Made by a program: the position numbers and the translations under genes. From Candidatus Latescibacterota bacterium (GTDB taxonomy: Bacteria; Latescibacterota; UBA2968): a DNA stretch of 64,000 nt. The stretch spans positions 1,408,001 to 1,472,000 of the forward strand of contig OZ242311.1 in NCBI GenBank assembly GCA_965207885.1, read 5' to 3'. The notes beneath the pieces are model-generated. The model searched no databases, had not been told where the DNA came from, and saw only the letters and a program-made list of their open reading frames with translations. Below are positions 29,256 through 39,218 of this stretch, in pieces (position 1 is the stretch's first letter; each line of letters opens with the position of its first letter).

Positions 29256-32200
29256 ATGGGATCGGAAGTTCGGGACAATGTAAAACGGGATTTTTCTCGC
29301 ACATTTGAGATTACAACCCGGCGGCCCGTAGCGATTTTTATGGTCGTCCTGGCCGTTGCCGTATTTGGTTATGTGTCTTATCAGCAACTGCCGCTAAACA
29401 TGATGCCCGACATTTCATATCCAACATTAACAGTGCGTACTGAATATCCCGATACCGCACCCGAAGAAGTTGAAAATTTGATCTCAAGGCCCATTGAACA
29501 GCGCCTGGGGGTTGTGAGCAATCTCGTAAGCATTACATCGATCTCCAGACCTGGCATGTCCGATGTCATTTTGGAATTTGGCTGGGACACCGATATGAAT
29601 GACGCCGTGCAAACAGTGCGCGAAAACCTCGACCGCCTCAACTTGCCGCGCGGGGTCAATCGCCCATTGATATTGCGCTACGACCCCACGCAAGATCCAA
29701 TCATGCGCGTTGGGATTTACGACACCGAAAATATGTATGTATTGCGCCATATCGCCGAAGAAGAAATCAAGCAAGAACTGGAAGCGCTCAAAGGCGTAGC
29801 AGCGGCGCGTGTAAAAGGCGGACTCGAAGAAGAAATTCGGGTTGAAATCAGCGAACGGCAATTGGCACTGATGGGACTCAATATCAACACCATCAACCGG
29901 CGGTTGCAAGAGGAAAATGTCAACCTGGCCGGCGGCAGTTTGCTGGATGGACAAACGCAGTACCTCGTGCGTACGCTGAATGAATTTCGCACCATTGACG
30001 AAATTGCCAATCTGGTGGTAGGCGACCGCAACAACATTGAAATCCGGGTAAAAGATGTGGGGCAAGTTTATCGCACGCACAAGGAGCGGGAGATCATCAC
30101 GCGGGTCAATGGCATAGAAAGTGTAGAAATCGAAATTTTTAAGGAAGCCGACGCCAATATCGTAGCCACAGCACAGCGTGTGCGCGACCGCCTGTTCGGC
30201 ACACCCGAACAATTGGCATACATAGAAAAACTCAAAGCGGGCGAGATCGAAAAAGCCAAAGCCAACGACCGGCGGGAACAGGTGCGGCAATTTGTGCAGA
30301 TGAAGGAGATGACGAGTTTTATCGCCTTTACATTGCCCGAAGGCGTGGCCATGGAAATGCTGTCCGATCAATCGACATTTATTGAATCATCGGTCAATGA
30401 GGTCAAGCAAACCGCGCTGATAGGCGGGTTATTGGCCATACTGGTCCTGTACATCTTCCTTCGCAATCCATCTCACACAGCTATTGTGGGCCTCGCCATC
30501 CCGATTTCAATTGTGGCGACATTTGCCCCCATGAACATTTTTGGCGTATCCCTGAATATCATGTCTCTGGGAGGGCTGGCACTCGGTATTGGAATGCTGG
30601 TTGACAATGCCATTGTGGTATTGGAAAGCATTTTTCGATGTCGCGAAGAAGGCGACGATATGATTTCGGCTACCATCCGGGGGACCGGGGAAGTCGGCGG
30701 AGCGGTTTTTGCATCCACGCTGACAACTGTGGCGGTGTTTTTTCCCATTGTATTTGTCGAAGGCGTGGCCGGGCAGATTTTTGGCGACATGGCACTAACC
30801 GTTGTTTTTTCACTCCTGGCATCTCTGGGCGTCGCGCTATTCTTTATCCCCATGCTGGCTTCTCGGCAAGTGCATCTGGCACGCGGCAATAGCGAAGGAC
30901 AAGGCGAGCGTCTAATGCAGTCTGAAGTATTGCAATTGCGTTCGGTCGCGTGGCTACTCGAAGGCATGGGCCTGAAAAACAGGGGCGAAAATGCGCTTCA
31001 ATATCACGCCATGAATTTTAGCACGCTGTTGATGCGCATGCCAATTGGCTTTATCTATTTACTGGGCGAATACATCGCCCGCACATTGTGGCTTGCAAGT
31101 GTAATTGCGATCGTGGCACTCAAAGCCGTATTCACCGTATTGGCCGTTCTTCTATACCCCATCATCTATCCCGGATGGGGATTTTATTGCTGGCTCGGTT
31201 CCGGACCCTTATGGCGTCGGGAAATAAATCGCCTGTGGGGACCTCTGTGCACCTGGGCTGAGGATCGCGACCTGTTTGGCAAAGCATGGGTGCGGATCAT
31301 ATGGGATGATTTGCTGGCATTTGTAACGCCCCAAAATTTGGGACGCGACTTGAGTGTGCAAATGCGATGGACAGGGAGTACATTGAAGCGTCTGTTCCGC
31401 TGGGTCGGGAAGCACGCGATCTGGAAGCGCGTCTTAAAAATCGCACCCGTGCTCCTCGGCTCAGTAGGCGTTTTGCTGCTCTTTGTGCTCGGTGCGGTTT
31501 ATTTTCTTCTTCGATTTCTGATCTTTACAACACTCATCCTGGTAGGCAAAATACTGATCTTGACACTCATGTTTGTATTTTTAACCGGATTGGTCGCATT
31601 GCTGGTGATCGCCCTTGTCCTGTTGCCCATCCTCGCGCCAGTACTGTTTTTGTTTGAGCGCGGTTTTGCAGCCATTCGGCGCGCTTACACGCCTTTTATC
31701 CGCTGGGCTTTGCACAACAGACTGAGCATTGTAGCGGGTGCTGTGGTGCCTTTTGCGATATGCTGGATGGTCTTGTTGCCCCGATTGGGCAATGAATTGA
31801 TCCCACAGGTGCATCAGGGCGAGTTTAATGTGGATATTGGTTTGCCCGTAGGCACACCGCTCGAAATGACCGATGAAACCCTGAAGCTCATCGAATCGCG
31901 GGTGATGGATGCTTATGATGTGGGCGCGATTTCTTCGACAGTTGGCGTGGATAAAACCGATATCACATCGTCTGATCAGGGCGAGCACACCGGAGTTGTG
32001 TCTGTAGTGCTGGAGGATATCGAAACAGAGATCCCCCAAAATGTAATGGCGGGTTGGGGGCAAGACCTCCTGACATTGCCCGCACGTATTTGGGGCGGCA
32101 TCAAAGGGGAAAGTGTTTTGGCACAGCGCGAAGACGCATTGATGGCTGATTTGCGAAACAGGCTCTCGGATTTGCCGCAGATAAAAGCCGATTTTTCACG

Positions 32201-33284
32201 CCCTGCACTATTTAGTTTTAAGACACCTATAGAAGTAGAAATTCGCGGTTATGATTTGCCAACATTGACCCAATTGGGGCGCGAAGCCGAGCGGGTAATG
32301 AGCGAGATTCCCGGACTTTACGATGTGAAATCGAGCCTTCAGCGCGGCAACCCGGAAGTGCAAATTGTCTATAAGCGTGAATTGTTAGCAAAATACAACT
32401 TGAATGTGCGTCAGGTAGCCTCGCTGGTGCGCGAAAAAGTACAGGGCAATGTGGTGACGCGATTTCGAGAGGCCGACCGACGCATTGATGTGCTGGTGCG
32501 CGTAGATGAGGCCGACCGCGCCGGAGTAACTGAGTTGCGTCGGCTGGTGGTGAACCCGGGACGACAGCAAGTGCCCATTCGCCTATCTGCGATAGCCGAA
32601 ATTGAAGTACACGAAGGACCGAGTGAAATTCGGCGCATAGATCAACAGCGCGCAGTTCTGATTTCAGCCAATGTGAGCGGTATAGACCTGGGAACAATGA
32701 CCGCTATGATTCAGCAGGCACTGGAAACAATGGAAGTACCCCAGGATGTGTCGATGGTCATTGGCGGGCAAAACAAAGAAATGGAGACATCGTTGAACAG
32801 TTTGACCTTTGCATTGGCTCTCGCAATTTTTCTCGTGTACATCGTAATGGCCTCGCAATTTGAATCATTTCTCCATCCATTCGTAATTATGTTTAGCATT
32901 CCACTGGCACTGATTGGCGTAATCGTCATTCTATTTCTCACGGGCATACCTCTTTCCGTCGTGGTGTTTTTGGGCGTTATCATGCTGGCGGGCATTGTGG
33001 TGAACAATGCCATTGTGCTCGTAGATTATATCAACCATCTGCGGCGCAGTGGTCTGTCCAAATTGGAAGCAATCGCGCAGGCCGGCGAAGTGCGATTGCG
33101 CCCCATCTTGATGACCACATCGACAACCGTGCTGGGATTATTGCCCATGGCACTCGGCCTGGGCGATGGCGCAGAAATCCGCACGCCAATGGCGATCACC
33201 GTCGTTGCCGGACTAATCAGTTCCACCCTATTAACACTGGTAATTATTCCAACCGTATATTCTCTAATGGACCGCAGCGAATGA
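29256..33284 (+). CDS. RND efflux permease (AcrB/AcrD/AcrF family) with a large hydrophobic insertion
   Basis: RRPVA, GMLVDNAIVVLE, GIVVNNAIVLVD, RLRPILMTT; GGGAGA RBS before ATG at 29256. Confidence 0.93.
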   Translation: MGSEVRDNVKRDFSRTFEITTRRPVAIFMVVLAVAVFGYVSYQQLPLNMMPDISYPTLTVRTEYPDTAPEEVENLISRPIEQRLGVVSNLVSITSISRPGMSDVILEFGWDTDMNDAVQTVRENLDRLNLPRGVNRPLILRYDPTQDPIMRVGIYDTENMYVLRHIAEEEIKQELEALKGVAAARVKGGLEEEIRVEISERQLALMGLNINTINRRLQEENVNLAGGSLLDGQTQYLVRTLNEFRTIDEIANLVVGDRNNIEIRVKDVGQVYRTHKEREIITRVNGIESVEIEIFKEADANIVATAQRVRDRLFGTPEQLAYIEKLKAGEIEKAKANDRREQVRQFVQMKEMTSFIAFTLPEGVAMEMLSDQSTFIESSVNEVKQTALIGGLLAILVLYIFLRNPSHTAIVGLAIPISIVATFAPMNIFGVSLNIMSLGGLALGIGMLVDNAIVVLESIFRCREEGDDMISATIRGTGEVGGAVFASTLTTVAVFFPIVFVEGVAGQIFGDMALTVVFSLLASLGVALFFIPMLASRQVHLARGNSEGQGERLMQSEVLQLRSVAWLLEGMGLKNRGENALQYHAMNFSTLLMRMPIGFIYLLGEYIARTLWLASVIAIVALKAVFTVLAVLLYPIIYPGWGFYCWLGSGPLWRREINRLWGPLCTWAEDRDLFGKAWVRIIWDDLLAFVTPQNLGRDLSVQMRWTGSTLKRLFRWVGKHAIWKRVLKIAPVLLGSVGVLLLFVLGAVYFLLRFLIFTTLILVGKILILTLMFVFLTGLVALLVIALVLLPILAPVLFLFERGFAAIRRAYTPFIRWALHNRLSIVAGAVVPFAICWMVLLPRLGNELIPQVHQGEFNVDIGLPVGTPLEMTDETLKLIESRVMDAYDVGAISSTVGVDKTDITSSDQGEHTGVVSVVLEDIETEIPQNVMAGWGQDLLTLPARIWGGIKGESVLAQREDALMADLRNRLSDLPQIKADFSRPALFSFKTPIEVEIRGYDLPTLTQLGREAERVMSEIPGLYDVKSSLQRGNPEVQIVYKRELLAKYNLNVRQVASLVREKVQGNVVTRFREADRRIDVLVRVDEADRAGVTELRRLVVNPGRQQVPIRLSAIAEIEVHEGPSEIRRIDQQRAVLISANVSGIDLGTMTAMIQQALETMEVPQDVSMVIGGQNKEMETSLNSLTFALALAIFLVYIVMASQFESFLHPFVIMFSIPLALIGVIVILFLTGIPLSVVVFLGVIMLAGIVVNNAIVLVDYINHLRRSGLSKLEAIAQAGEVRLRPILMTTSTTVLGLLPMALGLGDGAEIRTPMAITVVAGLISSTLLTLVIIPTVYSLMDRSE

Positions 33285-33383
33285 CCAGTCCCCAACTCCT
33301 AAGATTTTTTTCCAATTGACTTTTGACAACTTTCCATTTTCTTAAACACTTGTAGTTCTTTATGGCAAGGAAGCAAATACCCG

Positions 33384-33410
33384 GTAACTTTTTGGGCGTT
33401 TTGTCGTCTA
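33384..33410 (+). promoter_or_regulatory. Possible ECF sigma-factor promoter
   Basis: GTAAC-16 bp-CGTCTA upstream of the TolC-family gene. Confidence 0.5.
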
Positions 33411-33463
33411 ACCCTTGTAACAACGATAGTCATCCTATTTGCCGAAACATGGAGATTTGAACG

Positions 33464-34837
33464 ATGCGTTGCGTTAAATATATTGCTGTATTGGCAATTA
33501 TCTTTGCCAGTGTGAATACCAATGCTCAAGAAGATCGGCGGGAAATGCGCCTCACGCTAAACGAGTGTGTGGAGATCGCGCTGACGAGCAGTGCCCAGAT
33601 CGAGCAATTCAAGTACACAGTTGCGATTGCTGAGACCCAGGTAGATAATGCGCGAAATAGTTTTTTCCCGACTAATTCTACGATGAACTGGGGGCTCAAT
33701 AGAAGTGTTCAGGGACCGCGTGAAGGACAAGTTCTGGATCAGACAACCGGTACTCTGGTGCAGTTATTGGGGGAAGATCGAATTGGTGGTGGGCAGAACT
33801 TCAGAATTGGTGGACTGTCAATGCCGATTTATGACGGTCAGATCATCTCCCAGCTATCGAGCGCGAAAAACAGCCTGATGCAAACGCAAATGCAACAAGT
33901 AGTCACTCGCCAAACGATCATTTTTCAAACCAAGCAGCGCTACTTTCTATTGTTGCAAGCCATTAAATTATTGGAAGTCCAGCAAGAGCGCGTGCGAGTA
34001 TCCGAAGAAAGTCTGCGCAGGGCAGAGACATTGTACGAAATTGGGTCCGCTGCAATTTTGCAGGTAACGAACGCAAGATCAAATCTGGCGGGTTTGCGCG
34101 CAACCCTGATTCAGCGAGAAAATGCCGTGTTCATCGCCCAGTCAAACCTGGCATTTACAATGGGCCTGGGCACGGATGTGGATATTATTCCATCAGAAGA
34201 AGAGTTTGAACTTCTGACTCCGAAATATTCTGAAAGCGATGCACTATCTATAGCCCTTAAAGAACACCCCGACATTCTGGGTACCAAGTACAGTATGCTG
34301 GCGTCCCGGGACACTTATAATGCGACGAGAAAGAGTTTGTACCATCCCAGAATAACGATGAGCACGGGTGCTTATAGCTGGAGCATTGGTAAGGATGAGG
34401 AATTTGGCGGTATAGAAGACATATTCCTCAAGAACTATAATTACAGTTTTAGTATCGGCGTGACCATGCCCCTTTTTAACTTCAATACGAGCATCAACCT
34501 GAAACGGCAAAAGTTGCTGTATTTGCGCAGTCAGGAACAGTTAGATCAGGCCAAACGACAAAAAGCATTGGACCTTCGACTGCGCTATCTCAACCTGGAG
34601 CGCTTTCGGCGTTTGATCGAAGCAAATGAAGTGGCAGTGCAAGCGGCTGAAGAAAATTTTAAGCTGGAAGAAGAGCGGTATAATTTTGGCGGGGGAACTT
34701 TTCTCGAGCGATTGACCGCTCAGCGCGATTTGTTTGATGCACGCAATAATCTCGTGCAGTCAAAATACAACTATCTGATCGAAATGGCGAATTTGGAAAG
34801 CGAAGTCGGCACACCTGTTGTCGGAAATCCTGAATAA
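33464..34837 (+). CDS. TolC-family outer membrane protein
   Basis: Signal peptide; LTLNECVEIAL; two outer-membrane efflux repeats (YF.LL..LYEIG; ERYNFG). Confidence 0.88.
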   Translation: MRCVKYIAVLAIIFASVNTNAQEDRREMRLTLNECVEIALTSSAQIEQFKYTVAIAETQVDNARNSFFPTNSTMNWGLNRSVQGPREGQVLDQTTGTLVQLLGEDRIGGGQNFRIGGLSMPIYDGQIISQLSSAKNSLMQTQMQQVVTRQTIIFQTKQRYFLLLQAIKLLEVQQERVRVSEESLRRAETLYEIGSAAILQVTNARSNLAGLRATLIQRENAVFIAQSNLAFTMGLGTDVDIIPSEEEFELLTPKYSESDALSIALKEHPDILGTKYSMLASRDTYNATRKSLYHPRITMSTGAYSWSIGKDEEFGGIEDIFLKNYNYSFSIGVTMPLFNFNTSINLKRQKLLYLRSQEQLDQAKRQKALDLRLRYLNLERFRRLIEANEVAVQAAEENFKLEEERYNFGGGTFLERLTAQRDLFDARNNLVQSKYNYLIEMANLESEVGTPVVGNPE

Positions 34838-34852
34838 TACGGAGGCGAGTTT

Positions 34853-35311
34853 ATGGGTATGTTTTATCGAACTGGTGTGGGATTGGTTGCGGCTGCTCTG
34901 ATCTTGAGCATGGCTGTACCTGCCCAGGCTGTAGGTAAGGACTTTTTGATGCGATCAAAATTTCACAGTGCACTGATGTTTGGCCTGGGTGGCGTTCTGG
35001 TTAAGCAAGCATTCGATGCAAAAAAAGAGGCCAATGATGCGTATGATCTTTACAAACAAGCCGGCACCTCTGCATTGGCACGAGAATTTTACGATAATTC
35101 CAAGCGTCATGACACCCGCGCCGCAGTATTGGGCGTTGCCGGTGGCGCAGCGATTCTTTTTTCCGTGCATCTGTTTATGAAAGAAGACGAGAGTGGTTTG
35201 CCTCCCCCGGAAATGAATCGGGGCATCGTGAATATCAAAGGTGTGGCATTAGATATAAAAGGCGATGTGTTTCAGAGAAAGATGCAGGTTCAGTTAAAAA
35301 AAGGATTTTAA
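34853..35311 (+). CDS. Hypothetical exported or membrane protein
   Basis: GGAGG RBS, signal peptide, two hydrophobic segments. Confidence 0.7.
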   Translation: MGMFYRTGVGLVAAALILSMAVPAQAVGKDFLMRSKFHSALMFGLGGVLVKQAFDAKKEANDAYDLYKQAGTSALAREFYDNSKRHDTRAAVLGVAGGAAILFSVHLFMKEDESGLPPPEMNRGIVNIKGVALDIKGDVFQRKMQVQLKKGF

Positions 35312-35323
35312 AGCATAAAAAAT

Positions 35324-35364
35324 AAAAAAAGGGTCAATGCTCGCGTGAGTGTTGACCCTTTTTT
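35324..35364. terminator. Intrinsic terminator
   Basis: AAAAAAAGGGTCAATGCTC-GCGT-GAGTGTTGACCCTTTTTT. Confidence 0.85.
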
Positions 35365-35391
35365 GCATGGTATTTGTGGAGGGCGTTTGAC

Positions 35392-35886
35392 ATGCCATCG
35401 GGTAAAACACATACGCGGATTGATCTTTTTTTGCTGGTAATCATTATCGGCATAGGAGCCTGCTTTTGGAATCCCCTCGTCGAATATTTCGGACGCGATG
35501 AAATGGTCGAATACGGAACTGTTTTTGTGGTTGCCTACTTATTTGGCACGTTTTTACTATCGCCCGACCTGGACTTAAAAGCCAGTGACCCGTTGAAAAA
35601 CTGGGGGATTTTGCGTTTGCTGTGGCGGCCTTATTCTCATATTTTCAAACACAGAGGACTTTCTCATACGCCGATTGTGGGCACCCTGACCCGGGTGCTT
35701 TATATTTTCATAGTTGTGTACGCAATCGCAGCTGTAGCCAACGCATTCTTTGATCTGGGTTGGAAAATGTCGTTTGACGACTTGAAAGACCTGGATTTCA
35801 AAATCGTTATATGGGCACTCGCGGGGCTGTGTTTGCCCGATCTTTTTCACATTTTAGCCGATCACACACTTAAAAACGCCCGTTGA
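35392..35886 (+). CDS. DUF2227-family putative metal-binding membrane protein
   Basis: MPSGKTH, LSPDLD, HRGLSH, HILAD. Confidence 0.85.
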   Translation: MPSGKTHTRIDLFLLVIIIGIGACFWNPLVEYFGRDEMVEYGTVFVVAYLFGTFLLSPDLDLKASDPLKNWGILRLLWRPYSHIFKHRGLSHTPIVGTLTRVLYIFIVVYAIAAVANAFFDLGWKMSFDDLKDLDFKIVIWALAGLCLPDLFHILADHTLKNAR

Positions 35887-35911
35887 CTTCTGGTTTAGTG
35901 CCCCTTATATT
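35883..35911 (+). promoter_or_regulatory. Sigma-70-type promoter
   Basis: TTGACT-17 bp-TATATT upstream of the M23 gene. Confidence 0.5.
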
Positions 35912-35944
35912 GCACACCCCACAGCTCAAGGCATTAACGGAGGC

Positions 35945-36778
35945 GTGTTGAACTGGCAACGCAAAAATTTTTCAGTGCTGGTCATTCCAGACGATGGATC
36001 AAGGACCCTGAAGTTTAAGCTCAGTTATCGCATGCTATTGGGGATAGGTTCGGGATTGGCCTTTGCCCTGTGTATGGTATTTATCGGTCTGTTTTTTTTC
36101 TGGCAGGCCCTATCCTGGAAACACACCGCGCAAACTCTTGAACAGGAAAATGAGCGTCTATACGCCGACGTTGCCCGCGTGGATGAACTGGCGCAAGTGG
36201 TAATGCGTATGCAGGTCGGAGAGCAAAAACTGCGTTCTATATTGGCAGGTCACATGGGTTTGTCGCCAATACCCGATGAAGCGCAGTACATTGAAGGATC
36301 CTATGAAATAGCAACCCTATTGGTGCAAAACAAGCCACGTAGTGGTCTGGATATGCACTGGATTCCCGCAATCTGGCCTGTACCCCCTTCTCTTGGATGG
36401 GTGGCACGCGCATTTGAAGTGGGAGACAACTGCGTCAATGGGTTATCCCCGAGTGGCGTATTGAAAAAATGCCACTCGGGGATTGATATCGCCGCCAGTG
36501 CAGGGACACCCGTGCAGGCCACAGCCAATGGACAGGTGACATTTGCAGATTTCGATCCCGAGTTGGGACATATGGTGGTTATTGATCACGGTGGTATTTA
36601 TACGACGCGGTATGGTCACAACCGCGTACTGCTGGTCAAAGAAGGGGACTATGTCAGACAAGGGCAATACATTGCACAGGTAGGCACCTCAACGCAAAGC
36701 CGTGAACCTCATTTACACTACGAAGTTATCGAAGGGGGACGGGCATGCAATCCGCACGATTTCTTACCTCAAAATTAG
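35945..36778 (+). CDS. M23-family metallopeptidase with TM helix and coiled coil
   Basis: HSGID, YGH, PHLHYEV. Confidence 0.9.
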   Translation: MLNWQRKNFSVLVIPDDGSRTLKFKLSYRMLLGIGSGLAFALCMVFIGLFFFWQALSWKHTAQTLEQENERLYADVARVDELAQVVMRMQVGEQKLRSILAGHMGLSPIPDEAQYIEGSYEIATLLVQNKPRSGLDMHWIPAIWPVPPSLGWVARAFEVGDNCVNGLSPSGVLKKCHSGIDIAASAGTPVQATANGQVTFADFDPELGHMVVIDHGGIYTTRYGHNRVLLVKEGDYVRQGQYIAQVGTSTQSREPHLHYEVIEGGRACNPHDFLPQN

Positions 36779-36783
36779 CGAAG

Positions 36784-37242
36784 TTGAACAAACAAGACCA
36801 CGTAGAAGCCATCAATACAATTGTGGGCGAGGGGTCGGTTGTGGAAGGGCATTTTCAGATCGACGATAGTATCCGAGTAGATGGGACTTTTCGCGGAAAA
36901 ATCACGTCTTCTGGTTCACTGATCGTCAGTACTCAGGGAGAGGTAGATGCCGATTTGATTCAGGTAAAAGATGCGGTTGTTGACGGATGTGTCAAAGGAC
37001 CTCTGGACGCCTCGCACTCCGTAAGACTTGGCCCCAGTGCTGAGGTTGATGGCGACATTACAACTCAAGTGTTGATAGTCGAAAAAGGTGCTGTATTGCG
37101 CGGGACATGCGCTGTAGCACCCAATGCTGTAGATATAAAAAAGCAGAAAGAGGACAAAGAGAAACAGGAAGAGGGCGATATAGAAAAACAAGAAGAGATG
37201 GATATAGAAAAGCAGGAAGAAGTCGAGCAGGTAGCAGATTGA
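36784..37242 (+). CDS. Bactofilin (polymer-forming cytoskeletal protein)
   Basis: TIVGEG..G..RVDG.F.G.I beta-helix repeats; acidic repeat tail; start uncertain (36745-36784). Confidence 0.88.
   Translation: MNKQDHVEAINTIVGEGSVVEGHFQIDDSIRVDGTFRGKITSSGSLIVSTQGEVDADLIQVKDAVVDGCVKGPLDASHSVRLGPSAEVDGDITTQVLIVEKGAVLRGTCAVAPNAVDIKKQKEDKEKQEEGDIEKQEEMDIEKQEEVEQVAD
37132..37224 (+). repeat. Coding tandem repeat, 4 x 21-24 nt (D-I-E-K-Q-E-E-x)
   Basis: GATATAGAAAA(A/G)CA(A/G)GAAGA units in the bactofilin tail. Confidence 0.8.
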
Positions 37243-37259
37243 TCGACACCGCAATAGAC

Positions 37260-37292
37260 AAAAAAACGCGCGTTTATGACGCGCGTTTTTTT
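37260..37292. terminator. Bidirectional intrinsic terminator
   Basis: AAAAAAACGCGCGT-TTATG-ACGCGCGTTTTTTT between convergent genes. Confidence 0.9.
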
Positions 37293-37333
37293 ATGCCTAT
37301 CCGAAAGGCTGACCCGCTGATACCGAATCGCAT

Positions 37334-38629
37334 TCAGCACATGATTTGATAACGACCATTGGGCAAAAGACGCCGTGCATTGTGTTGGCTGAGTTTAACC
37401 TCCATTAAAACATCATTGCCCTTGTAGTCCGTGTGCAAAACCTCGCCAATTCGGTAGAGTTCTGACAGGAGTTTGCCCTCGCGTTGCGGAATCTGAACCA
37501 CGAGCGTCAGACGGTCGCCCTCAAGGTGGTTGTAGATCGCCAACCGCAGGTCTTCGAGTCCATCGCCCGTCTCAGCAGAAAGCCAGACCGCGTCGGGATA
37601 TGTCGCTTTTAGATATTTGCGTCTGGCCCGATCGTCTAACAGATCACTTTTGTTAAACACCATCATAGTCGGTCTATCGGCCACATCGAGTTCCCCAAGC
37701 ACCTCAATCACCGTAGCGATGTGTTCTTCACAAGCTGGATGACTGACGTCAACCACATGCAGCAAAAGATCGGCTTCGATTGCCTCTTCAAGGGTACTGT
37801 GAAAAGAAGCGATCAGATGGTGGGGCAGCTTTTTAATAAAACCAACAGTATCGGACAAAAGAATATCGCGGTTATAACCGAGGGAGACGCGCCGCGTAGT
37901 GGAATCAAGCGTGGCAAAGAGCCGGTCTTCGATCAACACATCGGCGCCAGAAAGGGCACGCATAAGGGTGGATTTGCCCGCATTGGTATAGCCGACAAGT
38001 GCTGCGCGAAAAATATCGGTGCGTTGTTTGCGGGCAATCTCGCGCTGTCTGGCAATGCGGCCCAGTGCTTGTTTGAGAATAGTAATGCGGCGATTGGTCG
38101 CGCGCCGATCCACCTCGAGCTGCGTTTCACCCGGGCCGCGCGTACCCACCCCGCCAGTGCCACCAGTACCGCCAGCCTGCCGCGAAAGATGGGTCCATTG
38201 ACGGGTCAACCGGGGCAACATATAGATAAGTTGAGCCAACTCGACCTGAGTCTGGGCTTCTCGAGTCTTGGCGCGACTGGCAAAGATATCGAGGATGAGT
38301 CGGCTGCGATCGATAATTTTAACTTCAAGCAGGGTTTCGAGATTGCGGGTTTGTGCCGGCGAGAGATCTTCGTCAAAAATAACGACTTGTGCATGGTGTT
38401 CTACGACCTGTTCGACGAGTTCTTCGGCCTTGCCGCGACCAATCAGGTACGCAGGGTCTCTGCGCCCGCGTTCCTGAAGCACCTGCACGGCAACATCAAC
38501 ACCCGCCGTATCCGCCAAAAGCCCGAGTTCGTCAAGCGTGTCCTGTGCTTCGCCCAGTGAAATGCCGGGCAGCGCAAGCCCGACGAGTATGCCCCGCTCA
38601 AGCGCGTGTTCTTTTGTGATATCGTACAT
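37334..38629 (-). CDS. hflX: GTPase HflX
   Basis: GPGETQLEVDRR, GYTNAGKS, LFATLD, DTVGF, NKSD. Confidence 0.96.
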   Translation of the reverse strand: MYDITKEHALERGILVGLALPGISLGEAQDTLDELGLLADTAGVDVAVQVLQERGRRDPAYLIGRGKAEELVEQVVEHHAQVVIFDEDLSPAQTRNLETLLEVKIIDRSRLILDIFASRAKTREAQTQVELAQLIYMLPRLTRQWTHLSRQAGGTGGTGGVGTRGPGETQLEVDRRATNRRITILKQALGRIARQREIARKQRTDIFRAALVGYTNAGKSTLMRALSGADVLIEDRLFATLDSTTRRVSLGYNRDILLSDTVGFIKKLPHHLIASFHSTLEEAIEADLLLHVVDVSHPACEEHIATVIEVLGELDVADRPTMMVFNKSDLLDDRARRKYLKATYPDAVWLSAETGDGLEDLRLAIYNHLEGDRLTLVVQIPQREGKLLSELYRIGEVLHTDYKGNDVLMEVKLSQHNARRLLPNGRYQIMC

Positions 38630-38665
38630 AGTAGTGATTAAGTAAGTGTGTTATTGCAACTCTCA

Positions 38666-38687
38666 TGCATCCATCCGGATGGATGCA
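38666..38687. repeat. Perfect 22-bp palindrome
   Basis: TGCATCCATCC|GGATGGATGCA. Confidence 0.85.
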
Positions 38688-38703
38688 CTTTGGAATATCC
38701 CAT

Positions 38704-39204
38704 CTAAATAGTCTTGAAATTCGGCCTTATAATAGACGCAATCTCTTCCGCCCGTTCCCATGACACGGTCACCTTCTGCTTCAAACCCCCATCTTTTGGC
38801 TGTAAGGCAGCGATATGCGGTGGTCCACTCCCCCAGGTGCTCGACTTTCTGCGAGGTACAACGTGCATGTGAAAATGCGGCACCTCCTGCAAACTGGCCA
38901 CACCGTTATTCTGATAGACCGTAATCCCATCTGGATTGAAAGTTTTAACAAGTGCTTTCGCTGCTATTCGGACCATCTTCACAATTTCACCAGCCTCATC
39001 ATCCGTCAAATCCAATATCATCGGCGCATGGCGGCGAGGAACAACGAGAAGCTGGCCGATTTCAAACTGCCTGGGATTGAGCAACGCAAGCGTCTTGTCA
39101 GTCGAATGGATAACATGCCTCATTTCACCGCGTCCGGCAACTATTTCACAAAATGGACATGGATCCCATGTCGGCATCTCAAAAGGGGCAACAGTATCAC
39201 TCAT
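38704..39204 (-). CDS. HIT-family protein
   Basis: CPFC and the HFHMHVVPR histidine triad. Confidence 0.92.
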   Translation of the reverse strand: MSDTVAPFEMPTWDPCPFCEIVAGRGEMRHVIHSTDKTLALLNPRQFEIGQLLVVPRRHAPMILDLTDDEAGEIVKMVRIAAKALVKTFNPDGITVYQNNGVASLQEVPHFHMHVVPRRKSSTWGSGPPHIAALQPKDGGLKQKVTVSWERAEEIASIIRPNFKTI

Positions 39205-39218
39205 CTCTCATCCTCATC

